Below, piece after piece: positions 6,913 through 19,286 of a stretch of DNA of 64,000 nucleotides. Numbering within the stretch: the first letter of the stretch is position 1; each line of letters begins with the position of its first letter. Location: NCBI GenBank assembly GCA_016861025.1, contig BOKO01000006.1, positions 106,839 to 170,838 of the forward strand. The letters are read 5' to 3'. The notes beneath the pieces were generated by a model, which ran no database searches, was not told where the DNA came from, and saw nothing but the letters and a program-made list of their open reading frames with translations. The position numbers and the translations under genes are program-made. This stretch comes from Chloroflexota bacterium (GTDB taxonomy: Bacteria > Chloroflexota > Anaerolineae > Caldilineales > Caldilineaceae).

Positions 6913-9834
6913 ATGACCAGGTTCACCAAACACATTTTCTGGATCGTTGTTCTGAGCCTGCTGCTGGCAGTGGCGGTTCTCCCCCAGCCGGCGTTGGCGC
7001 AAAGCACGGTGACAATTGACTTGTGCGCCACAGATGGCAGCATGACGCTGCCCGACGCCACGGTCGCGCCGGTGTGGGGCTTTGCCGCCGGCAATTGCAG
7101 CGGCAGCCCCACTGTGAGCCAACCCGGCGGCCCGCTGATTGTCGCCAACGTCGGCGAGACCGTGCAAGTGACGCTCTTCAATCGTCTGGCAGAGCCGGTC
7201 GCCCTTTTCTTTCATGGGCAGCCCCTTCCGCCGGATCGGGCGGGCGCCGCGCCTGGCGGCAGTGTGACCTACACCTTCACCGCCGCCGAACCGGGCGTCT
7301 TCCTCTATGAGGCAGGCCCGTTGACCAACGCGCTGCATCAGACTGCGATGGGGCTGCATGGCGCCTTGATCGTGCGACCGGCGACAGTGGGGCAGGCGTA
7401 TAACAGCGCTGCAACGGCCTACGACGTGGAAGCCGTGCTCGTCTTGAGTGAACTCGACCCTGCACTCAATGCCAGCGCGTCGCCCGCGACCTTCAACATG
7501 AGTAACTTCGCCCCAGAATATGAACTGATCAACGGCGCCGCCTTCCCGAACGCGGCGGTGATCAACGTGGGGGCAGGCGACCGTGTGCTGCTGCGCTATG
7601 TCAATGCCGGCGCGCTGCACCATTCGATGGGCGTGCTCGGCCTCAATCAGCGGGTGATCGCCACCGACGGCAATGTGCGCCCGAACAGCTACCGCGTTGT
7701 GGCGGAGACCGTGCCGCCTGGCGCAACGCTGGACACGCTGGTCACCATCCCGGCCACTGCACCCGAGGGCGCTCGTTATGCCGTACACGCCGGCAGCCTG
7801 CTGCTGCATAATCGCAGCGCCAACGGCTACGGCGGTATGATGACCTTTCTGACCATCCCGGCGGTTGGACCTGGTTCGCCAGACGACGTAACCGGTCCGG
7901 CAGCAACCAATCTGGCGCTTACGCCAAGCGGCGGCGACATGATCATCAGCGCCACGATCGATGACAGCGCCAGCGGCGCCAGCAACATCATTGCCGCAGA
8001 ATATACACTCGAAAGCACAGCAGGGACGCCGGTCGCCATGAGCGCCATCGACAGCGCCTTCGACGCACCAATAGAGAACGTTGCAGGCGTGATCCCGGCG
8101 GCGATGATCCAGGCGATGAGCGCCGGCAATCACTCTGTCTATGTACGCGGCCAGGATGCCGCCGGCAATTGGGGCGCCTACAATCTGATCATCTTGACCG
8201 TTGATAACGCCGGCCCCTCCACTTCGGCGCTGACGCTCTCACCCAACCCCAGCCAGGGCAATGTCAATGTGGCATTGGGCGGCACCGCCAGCGACGTGGG
8301 ACGCGGCGCCAGCATTATTGCTGCCGCCGAATATTTCATCGACGCCAACCTGAGCACCCCGCCTGCCCCCGGCACAGGCGCTCCGATGGGGTTGAATATG
8401 ACGGCGTCCGTCTCGGCGATCACGGCCACCCTGCCTTCCTCCGTGCTCACTACTCTGACGGAAGGCGTCCACACCGTCGCCGTGCGCAGCCAGGATGCCT
8501 CCGGGCAGTGGGGCGACTTTGCCACCATCGATCTGTTGATCGACCGCACTGGCCCTGCGACCAGCGGCGTAACAGTGGCGCCAAATCCAAACAACGGGAC
8601 AACGCCGATCAACCCCAGCCGGCCGGCGATACGCGTCGATGCAACAGTCAGCGAGCCGGGCGGCGGCCCTGTCACATCGACCATCCAGCGCGTCGAAGGC
8701 TTCATCGATCTGGTGGGCGCCAACGGCACGGGTTTCCCCTTCACGCCGGTGGATGGTCTCTTCGACAACCCAACAGAGAACGCCTACGCCTTTATTCCAC
8801 TCATCAATCTGGCGCAGCTTGCTGAGGGTGAGCATCAGATTTCGGTGCGGGGTCAGGACAGCGCCGGCAACTGGGGGCCTGCGACAACGACCCCACTTAC
8901 CATCGATCGCACGCCACCCACGGTTAGCGGGGTGACAGTGACGCCGAACCCGACCAATTCGGCGCCAAGTGTCACTTTAACCGGCAGCGCCAACGACGCC
9001 CTCACTGCAATCAGCGCCGCCGAGTGGTTCGTCGGCGCCGATCCAGGCGCGGGCAACGGTGCGGCGATGGCGATCACCTCTGGCGGCGGCGGCGCAACGC
9101 TATCCGCAAGCGTCAATGTTTCGACCTGGTTGACCGGAAATTATGTCCTTTCGGTGCGTGCGCGCGATGCAGCAGGCAACTGGAGCGCGCCGGTTAGCGT
9201 GACGCTCACAGTGGACGATCTGATCTTCGCCGACAGCTTCGAGAGCGGCGGCGTGGCGGCCTGGAGCAGTGCAACTGGGGCGGTCAACGTTATCAACGCC
9301 GCGGCGATGAGCAATGACGGCGGCACATGGGGTATGGCCGTAACGTTAGCGGCAGGCGCGCCGGGCTACGTCACCGACGCCACGCCCAACGCGCTGACCA
9401 GCTACGATGCGCGCTTCTACTTCCACCCGAACGACTCGCGTGCACCCACCAGCGGCATAACGATCTTTGCCGGTTTCAACGCAGCGAACAACGCTGTCTT
9501 CACCGTGCAATATCGCCGACCGAACCCAACCAGTCAGCCGCAAATACGCGCCCAGGTGATGCGCGCCGGCGGCACGACCAATACGGCCTGGGTCACACTG
9601 ACGAATGAACCTCATGCTGTCGAAGTGCTCTGGCGCTCCGGCGCAAACGTTCCGTTTGCGCTCTACGTTGACGGCGTGCAGCGTGCAGTCGCCAATAACC
9701 AGAACACCGGCGCCTATACACTCGAGGGCGTGCGCATGGGGCCGTCGTCTGGTCTGGCAGGGACATTGAGCGGGACGCAGTACTTCGACGCCTTCCTGTC
9801 AAAGCGATCAACAACTTCGATCTTCGGGCAGTAG
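6913..9834 (+). CDS. Secreted protein with a degenerate two-domain cupredoxin N-terminus (subunit C), four Ig-like repeats and a C-terminal beta-sandwich, 973 aa
   Basis: ggag RBS at 6901; signal peptide ending ALAQ. Same cupredoxin scaffold as A/B (GSVTYTF.A..PG.FLY, ELINGAAFP, GDRVLLRYVNAG) with incomplete ligands. Four 'G.H.V.VR.QD.AGNW' repeats; final domain starts LIFADSFESG. Confidence 0.85.
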   Translation: MTRFTKHIFWIVVLSLLLAVAVLPQPALAQSTVTIDLCATDGSMTLPDATVAPVWGFAAGNCSGSPTVSQPGGPLIVANVGETVQVTLFNRLAEPVALFFHGQPLPPDRAGAAPGGSVTYTFTAAEPGVFLYEAGPLTNALHQTAMGLHGALIVRPATVGQAYNSAATAYDVEAVLVLSELDPALNASASPATFNMSNFAPEYELINGAAFPNAAVINVGAGDRVLLRYVNAGALHHSMGVLGLNQRVIATDGNVRPNSYRVVAETVPPGATLDTLVTIPATAPEGARYAVHAGSLLLHNRSANGYGGMMTFLTIPAVGPGSPDDVTGPAATNLALTPSGGDMIISATIDDSASGASNIIAAEYTLESTAGTPVAMSAIDSAFDAPIENVAGVIPAAMIQAMSAGNHSVYVRGQDAAGNWGAYNLIILTVDNAGPSTSALTLSPNPSQGNVNVALGGTASDVGRGASIIAAAEYFIDANLSTPPAPGTGAPMGLNMTASVSAITATLPSSVLTTLTEGVHTVAVRSQDASGQWGDFATIDLLIDRTGPATSGVTVAPNPNNGTTPINPSRPAIRVDATVSEPGGGPVTSTIQRVEGFIDLVGANGTGFPFTPVDGLFDNPTENAYAFIPLINLAQLAEGEHQISVRGQDSAGNWGPATTTPLTIDRTPPTVSGVTVTPNPTNSAPSVTLTGSANDALTAISAAEWFVGADPGAGNGAAMAITSGGGGATLSASVNVSTWLTGNYVLSVRARDAAGNWSAPVSVTLTVDDLIFADSFESGGVAAWSSATGAVNVINAAAMSNDGGTWGMAVTLAAGAPGYVTDATPNALTSYDARFYFHPNDSRAPTSGITIFAGFNAANNAVFTVQYRRPNPTSQPQIRAQVMRAGGTTNTAWVTLTNEPHAVEVLWRSGANVPFALYVDGVQRAVANNQNTGAYTLEGVRMGPSSGLAGTLSGTQYFDAFLSKRSTTSIFGQ

Positions 9835-9848
9835 GAAGCGAACAGCGA

Positions 9849-9890
9849 CTCTGGGGTGTGATGGAGGGGAGTAGCCATCACACCCCAGAG
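9849..9890 (+). other. Intergenic perfect 16-bp inverted repeat (stem-loop without U-tract)
   Basis: ctctggggtgtgatgg (9849-9864) / ccatcacaccccagag (9875-9890), 10-nt loop. Confidence 0.8.
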
Positions 9891-9947
9891 AGCGAGATCA
9901 TTTACCGCCCATCTTCAGCCGAAAGAATCATCGTGAGGGGGATACGC

Positions 9948-10517
9948 ATGGCTGAGCTTTTCTCGAACATGAACATAGCGCCAACTGTCAGCCGACGGCT
10001 GCTCGCGATTGTTCTATTTTGCGCAGTGATCACGATTGGCAGCGTCTACGCCTATCTGTGGTGGTTGGCGCCGACGCCAACTGCAGTGGAGACAGCCAAT
10101 GAATTGCTCACCTTCTCGCTCAGCGATTATGCAACGCTGGATGGCGTCTTCTGCAAAGCGCCGGTGACCGGCGTTACGCGCGTCCTCAGCCCATCGGAAT
10201 TTGAGAAAGAGTTCGGTGTGCGCATCCGGCTGCTCGGCGTCACCGCAGGCGGTGGGCTGATCGACTTCCGCTATCGCGTGGTCGATCTCGCCAAAGCGCT
10301 TCCACTGCTCGGAACGCACGAAACGATGCCAGTGTTAGTCGACAAAGCGAGCAAAGCCGAGTTGCGCGCGCCAGAGACGATGATGCACCACGACGCGCTC
10401 AAGCAGGATCGAACCTACTTCATGCACTACCCCAACGCTGGCAACAGCATTCGACCCGGCGCACAGGTCGCCATCGTCATGGGCGACATCCGCGTAGAGT
10501 GGGTGACGGCGCAATGA
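9948..10517 (+). CDS. Membrane-anchored protein of unknown function, 189 aa
   Basis: ATG 9948 after ggggga; one N-terminal TM helix (LLAIVLFCAVITIGSVYAYLWWL); soluble domain 'GGLIDFRYRVVD...TMMHHD...RTYFMHYPN'. Confidence 0.75.
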   Translation: MAELFSNMNIAPTVSRRLLAIVLFCAVITIGSVYAYLWWLAPTPTAVETANELLTFSLSDYATLDGVFCKAPVTGVTRVLSPSEFEKEFGVRIRLLGVTAGGGLIDFRYRVVDLAKALPLLGTHETMPVLVDKASKAELRAPETMMHHDALKQDRTYFMHYPNAGNSIRPGAQVAIVMGDIRVEWVTAQ

Positions 10518-10551
10518 GCAAGGGTGCAATGATCATTGAAAGCAAACCAAC

Positions 10552-13500
10552 ATGAGACGAGCTTTAGTCTTTTTGCTGCTCTTCAGCCTGGCGGCGGCGA
10601 TGGTGCGTGACGTTCACGCCGCTGGTGCAGACGTTCCCGATTCATCGAGAAGCCAGGTCTTGCATAAAGACCTGGCTTTATCACAGGTGGCGCCAACGTT
10701 GACGCAACAGCCTGCCAGCATTAATAACGGGCTATTGAGTGTGCTGACGCAAACAGCGCCAGATGCGCAGATCACGGTAATCGTCACGCTGCGCGAACAG
10801 GCGGCGCCCGTCATTGCCGCAGGAATGGATCGCAGCGAAGCACGCCAGATGACGATTACGGAACGTCAACGCGTCGCCGCCGCAACACAGGCGACCTTGA
10901 CGCCATTGCTGCAGCGACGTATGGCGCAAAACGCCATCAGCAACGTGATTCCATTTTGGATCTTCAATGGCTTTTCCATTACAGCGACGCCAGAGGTGAT
11001 CTTTGAGTTGTCCGGCCATCCCTCGGTGCTGTCAATTGCCCCGAACACGGTCGAGCTTTCCCTGGCGCAGACAAACCCACCCGAAGACAACATCCGCGCA
11101 ATCAACGCGTCGGCGCTATGGTCTTTGGGCTGGCGTGGGCAAGGAGCAGTCGTAGCCAGCCTGGACACAGGCGTCGACCGCTCCCATCCTGACCTCAACA
11201 GTCGATTTCGCGGCGGCGCCAATAGCTGGTTCGATCCATACGGTCAACATCCTGCGCCCTACGACGCCAACGGTCATGGAACCTGGACAATGGGCGTCAT
11301 GGTCGGCGGTGACGCTGGCGGCAACGCAATCGGCGTGGCGCCCGAGGCGCGCTGGATCGCCGCACGCGTCTTCAACGATCGCAACGAATCGACGGCGACA
11401 GCAATCCATCAAGCATTTCAGTGGTTGCTCGACCCGGACGGCAATCCCAGCACCGACGACGCCCCTGATGTGGTCAACAGTTCGTGGACGCTGGCGAACC
11501 CTGGCTGCGATCTTGCCTTTGAACTCGATCTGCAGGCGCTGCGCGCCGCCGGCATCTTGCCCATCTTTGCGGCCGGCAACTATGGGCCGGCGGCGGGCAG
11601 CAGCCGCAGCCCTGCCAACAATCCCTCCGCCTTTGCTGTCGGCGCCATCTCAGACAACGACCAACTCGCCGCTGTCAGCGGTCGCGGCCCCTCGGCGTGC
11701 AGCGGGGGAGGGGCGCACTATCCCGACCTGGTTGCACCAGGCGTCGGCATTCGCACCAGCGACAACGGCGGCGGCTATGTGGATAATGCCAGTGGGACCT
11801 CGCTGGCGGCGCCGCACGTCGCTGGCGGTCTGGCGCTCTTGCTCAGCGCGTTTCCCAATCTTAGCGTCACTCAGCAAGAGGCGGCGCTGCTCAACAGCGC
11901 AGTCGATCTCGGTGCGCCGGGTGCTGACAACGACTTTGGCGCTGGCCGTCTCGACCTCCTGGCAGCCTATCAATGGCTGATTGCGAGCGGCATTGCGCCT
12001 CAAAACGGCGCCCCCATCGTTGTCAACACTGCAGGCGATGGCGTTGCTGATGATGGGCTTTGCTCGCTGCGCGAGGCCGTGATCTCTGCAAACACCGACA
12101 CGGCGGTCGGCGGCTGCACAGCCGGCGACGGCGGCGACACGATTCTTTTCGCCAATTCACTGCCGCGCCCACTCACGATTCAACTGACGGTCGAGGGCGC
12201 TGCGGAGGATTCTGCGCAGACCGGCGATCTTGATATTGTCGGCACATTGACAATCGACGGGCTGGGGAGTTCCGCACGGTCGGGACTTAATACGCCGATC
12301 ATCGTCGATGGCGGCGGGCTCGATCGCATCTTCGATATTCAGCCTGCCGCACATGTCACCATTCAGGGTGTCGCTATCCGCAATGGGAACTCGGTCACAG
12401 CCGAATCGGGCGGCGGCGTGCGCACGCGCGGAGAGTTGACGTTGCGCCAGCTCTCGATCCACAACAATGCGGGCGGCGGTGTGCGCAATGAGGGCGGCAT
12501 CCTGACGCTGAACAATGTGAGCGTTCTCTCCAACACCAACGGGTACGGCGTCACCAATGTTGCACAGGGCGCGCTGACAGTCAACGACAGCGCGATCAAC
12601 GGCAACCAGAGCGGCGGGTTGCACAACACGCTCGCCACAGCCACACTCAATCGCGTTGAGGTGAGCGGCAACACCGGCAGTGGATTGTTCAATGAGGGCG
12701 TCAATACAACCCGACTTACTGTCAACAGTTCCAGCGTGATGAGCAACACCACGAGCGCCAACGGCGGCGGGCTGCGCAATAGCGGCGTCGGCGCCACCGC
12801 TGTGGTGGACTCAACGCGCATCGCCTTCAATATAGCAACGGCGGCGGGCGGCGGCGTCTTCAACGGCGGCGCACAGGTGACGATCAGCAATAGCCTGCTC
12901 GACCATAACCAGGCGCGAGCGGGCGGCGGCATCGACAACGCCGGCAGCGCGCTGACAGTCGCCAACAGCACCATCAGCGCCAACCATGCCAGTGACAACG
13001 GCGGCGGACTCTCCAATCGCACCAGCGGTGTGCTGCGCTTTGTCACATTGTCCGACAACAGCGCCGGCGGCGCCGGCGGCCACATTTTCAACGACGAAGG
13101 GTCGCTCGGCGTCGGCGCCACGATTGTCGCGAACGCTCTATCTGGCGGCGGCTGTGTCAACAGCGCCGGGTTCATCAATTCAGTTGGTTACAACGTCGAG
13201 GACGCCAACACGTGCGGATTTGCCGGCGCTGGCGATCTGGTGAACACCGATCCGTTGCTTGGGCCGTTGCAGGACAATAGCGGTCCGACGCTGACCCATG
13301 CTCTGCGCATCGACAGCCCGGCGATCAACCGCGTCCCTGCAGGCGTACTCAATTGCGGCGGGCTAATCAATCGCGACCAGCGGGGCGTGACCCGTCCAAT
13401 GGCGGACGCCTGCGACGCCGGCGCCTACGAAGCGACAAGCTGGTTGGGTGACATCACACCGATTCACACAATCCAGGGCGCCGGGCACACTTCCGCGCTG

Positions 13501-15210
13501 GTTGGCGCAACTGCCACCACGCGCGGGCTGGTTTCGGTTGTCGCCGACAATGGATTCTTCATGGAGTATGCAACGCCCGACGCCAATCCTGCCACCTCGG
13601 AAGGCATCTTTGTTACAACCAACGGCGCGCCGACAGTGGCTGTTGGCGACGACGTGATTGTGCTCGCCACGGTCGCCGAAATCAAACCAGGCGGCGGCGT
13701 TGACGAGCTAACCGTGACACGGCTGATCAACCCAACAATCATGACGCTCTCGAACAACAACTCGTTGCCGACGCCGGTTATCATCGGGCGCGGCGGGCGC
13801 ATTCCCCCTAATCAAATCATGAGCGACGCCAACCTGGCGAACTTCGACCCGTCAACCGATGGTCTCGATTTCTACGAAAGCCTGGAAGGGATGCGAGTGC
13901 GCATCGACAATGCGCTCGTCGTCGGCGCAACCGGCGCCAACGACGCCATTTGGGTGGTGGCTGACGGCGGTCTCGACGCAACTTCGCGCACGGCGCGCGG
14001 CGGCATGATGGAGACGCCCAACGATGCCAACCCGGAGATTATCCGCCTCAATCGCTCACTCTATCCAACGGCGCACACCTGGCCCCTGGTGCATGTCGGC
14101 GCAGTGTTCACCGCCACACAGCAGGCTGGCTCAGTTCTGGGCGTCATGGATTACCTCGACGCCGCCTATCAGGTGCGCGTGACGGCGCCGCTGAACGCCG
14201 ACCGCTCGGGGGAAGTGCAACCGGAGACGACAATGCTGACGGGCGATGAACATCGGCTGACGATCGGTCAGTTGAATGTAGGCGGTCTTAGCGGCAACGA
14301 TGACGACGCCCGCTTCATAGCAGCAGCCACCGCCATCGTGTCGGCGCTCGCCAACCCGGACATCCTGGTGCTCGAAGAGGTGGGTGACGACGACGGCGCC
14401 ATCGACGACGGCATGACAACCGCAGCGCTCACATTTGGACGACTGCGCAGCGCAGTGCAAACCGCAGGGGGACCGCTGTATGAATTTGCCCAGATCGATC
14501 CGTTTGACGCCGAAGATGGAGGCGCAATCGGGCGCAATCTCCGGCTTGGCATCTTCTATAACCCGGCGCGCGTTCAATTTGCGTCACAGCCGGGCGACGC
14601 ACAGACCGACAACAGCGTGCTTTGCAGCAACCAGCAGGCAACGTTGGCGCTCAACCCAGGGCGCATCGGCGCCGCTGCCAACCACTTCCTGGATGCGCGC
14701 AAGCCGCTGGCCGCCCAATTCACTTTTGACGGGCAAAATCTGTTTGTGATTGCGATCCATCTTGATAGCAAGGAAGCTGACAGCCCGCGCCAGGGTGCGT
14801 TGCAGCCGCCTGTACAACACTCGGCGGCGCGACGACTTGAACAGGCGCAAAGCGTGCAAAACTTTGTACAACAAATTCTGGCGTGCGAACCCGAAGCCGC
14901 CATCATCGTAGCCGGCGCGCCAAACGACGATCCTTTCTCACCTGCGGTTGCGGCGCTGAAAGGCTCAAATTTGATGGGATTGATGGATTTGCTCAGCGCA
15001 GACGCCGCCTACAGCGAAGTGAGTGAAGGAATTAGCCGCGTAGCCGGGCAGATGTTCGTCAGCGCTGCGCTGTGGGGAAGACAGCCAGCCTTTGATGTGG
15101 TTCACATCTTTGCAGAATTTGCCGGCGCGCCGATTGCACTTGATCCAACCATAGCGCAGCTGTCGCTGACGGCCACCTCTGAGCTATTCCTACCTCTTGT
15201 GGTGAGATAG
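10552..15210 (+). CDS. Secreted S8 subtilase with propeptide + CSLREA domain + beta-helix/choice-of-anchor-Q + OB-fold/EEP nuclease-like domain (catalytically degenerate), 1552 aa
   Basis: Triad LDTG / HGTWTMG / GTSLAAPHVAG; literal CSLREA motif; 'DPLLGPLQDNSGPTLTHAL...DQRG...CDAGAYE'; 'ITPIHTIQG' nuclease-type entry; ends LFLPLVVR. Confidence 0.88.
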   Translation: MRRALVFLLLFSLAAAMVRDVHAAGADVPDSSRSQVLHKDLALSQVAPTLTQQPASINNGLLSVLTQTAPDAQITVIVTLREQAAPVIAAGMDRSEARQMTITERQRVAAATQATLTPLLQRRMAQNAISNVIPFWIFNGFSITATPEVIFELSGHPSVLSIAPNTVELSLAQTNPPEDNIRAINASALWSLGWRGQGAVVASLDTGVDRSHPDLNSRFRGGANSWFDPYGQHPAPYDANGHGTWTMGVMVGGDAGGNAIGVAPEARWIAARVFNDRNESTATAIHQAFQWLLDPDGNPSTDDAPDVVNSSWTLANPGCDLAFELDLQALRAAGILPIFAAGNYGPAAGSSRSPANNPSAFAVGAISDNDQLAAVSGRGPSACSGGGAHYPDLVAPGVGIRTSDNGGGYVDNASGTSLAAPHVAGGLALLLSAFPNLSVTQQEAALLNSAVDLGAPGADNDFGAGRLDLLAAYQWLIASGIAPQNGAPIVVNTAGDGVADDGLCSLREAVISANTDTAVGGCTAGDGGDTILFANSLPRPLTIQLTVEGAAEDSAQTGDLDIVGTLTIDGLGSSARSGLNTPIIVDGGGLDRIFDIQPAAHVTIQGVAIRNGNSVTAESGGGVRTRGELTLRQLSIHNNAGGGVRNEGGILTLNNVSVLSNTNGYGVTNVAQGALTVNDSAINGNQSGGLHNTLATATLNRVEVSGNTGSGLFNEGVNTTRLTVNSSSVMSNTTSANGGGLRNSGVGATAVVDSTRIAFNIATAAGGGVFNGGAQVTISNSLLDHNQARAGGGIDNAGSALTVANSTISANHASDNGGGLSNRTSGVLRFVTLSDNSAGGAGGHIFNDEGSLGVGATIVANALSGGGCVNSAGFINSVGYNVEDANTCGFAGAGDLVNTDPLLGPLQDNSGPTLTHALRIDSPAINRVPAGVLNCGGLINRDQRGVTRPMADACDAGAYEATSWLGDITPIHTIQGAGHTSALVGATATTRGLVSVVADNGFFMEYATPDANPATSEGIFVTTNGAPTVAVGDDVIVLATVAEIKPGGGVDELTVTRLINPTIMTLSNNNSLPTPVIIGRGGRIPPNQIMSDANLANFDPSTDGLDFYESLEGMRVRIDNALVVGATGANDAIWVVADGGLDATSRTARGGMMETPNDANPEIIRLNRSLYPTAHTWPLVHVGAVFTATQQAGSVLGVMDYLDAAYQVRVTAPLNADRSGEVQPETTMLTGDEHRLTIGQLNVGGLSGNDDDARFIAAATAIVSALANPDILVLEEVGDDDGAIDDGMTTAALTFGRLRSAVQTAGGPLYEFAQIDPFDAEDGGAIGRNLRLGIFYNPARVQFASQPGDAQTDNSVLCSNQQATLALNPGRIGAAANHFLDARKPLAAQFTFDGQNLFVIAIHLDSKEADSPRQGALQPPVQHSAARRLEQAQSVQNFVQQILACEPEAAIIVAGAPNDDPFSPAVAALKGSNLMGLMDLLSADAAYSEVSEGISRVAGQMFVSAALWGRQPAFDVVHIFAEFAGAPIALDPTIAQLSLTATSELFLPLVVR

Positions 15211-15251
15211 CAAGAGTTGTTCCGATAGAGCAGGTCGCGCGGAAGATGGTT

Positions 15252-16097
15252 CTATTGATTGTTCAACCGCCGCTCGATCTGCTCCAGCCGGGTGCGCAGC
15301 TCGGCAAGCGCGGTTTGATCAGCGTTCGCCTTGTCTTCAATCGCCTGGCGCATGGCGATCAGCATAGCATAGAGATCGTCGGAGTCATTCACGGTGGGTT
15401 GGGTTGAAGGTGCAACCATGCGTGGGCGACGGAACCATTCGCTCAAGAAGCCAGTGAGCGTCGAGAAGAGCGCCACCCCAAGCGTAATCACCACAGCGCC
15501 GGTGATGCGGCCGCCGATGGTTACCGGGTAGCGGTCGCCATAGCCAACCGTGGCAATCGTGACATAGCTCCACCACAGCGCATCGCTGGCATTCTGGATG
15601 TTGGCTTCGGGATTTGCATCCTCGACCAACAAAATGGTGATCCCAGCCAGCTCAAGACCGATAATGGCGAACAGCAACACACCAAGCAGCGTACTCTGCG
15701 CTCGCTTTGCACGAATCGTTACCCCAGCGTTGAGGATATCGATGCGCCGCAATTTGCGGATCGACAATACGGCGCGCAACAAACGCGCAACGCCAAAAAA
15801 AGGCAAGGGTATGCTGCCCAGAAACACAAGCCATCCACCGCCGTGCACCAGCCAGCGCACGCCAAAACCGCGCCAGAAGAGACGCATCACGGCGTCGAAC
15901 AGTAGAAAGGAAACCAAGATCGCATTCATGCTGTTGGCAACGGCGGTGATCTCGCTATCGATGGCGAGCATCTCCAGCAGATCGTTGACAAGCGCGATCA
16001 CGACAATGCCTAACACGAACAGCTCGTAGTTGGCATGAAGCAGATACCGATTGACTTCAGCTTGCCGGATTGTGGTCGATGACTTGGTCAACAGCAC
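15252..16097 (-). CDS. Potassium channel (ion transporter, 6TM-like)
   Basis: Selectivity filter TIATVGYGD, 'DALWWSYVT', S4-like RLLRAVLSIRKLRR. Start may be TTG at 16091 given GGAGG spacing. Confidence 0.9.
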   Translation of the reverse strand: MLLTKSSTTIRQAEVNRYLLHANYELFVLGIVVIALVNDLLEMLAIDSEITAVANSMNAILVSFLLFDAVMRLFWRGFGVRWLVHGGGWLVFLGSIPLPFFGVARLLRAVLSIRKLRRIDILNAGVTIRAKRAQSTLLGVLLFAIIGLELAGITILLVEDANPEANIQNASDALWWSYVTIATVGYGDRYPVTIGGRITGAVVITLGVALFSTLTGFLSEWFRRPRMVAPSTQPTVNDSDDLYAMLIAMRQAIEDKANADQTALAELRTRLEQIERRLNNQ

Positions 16098-16134
16098 CTC
16101 CAGTAATCAGCATACACGCACTGAGCGACGCGCC

Positions 16135-19286
<3,152 letters not shown>

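Noticed and set aside
6001-8133. Long antisense ORFs (also 900-2522, 27944-29959, 36825-38273, 41642-42907 and others)
   Set aside because: They shadow well-supported genes on the opposite strand, have no motifs or RBS, and are expected from GC-rich codon bias.
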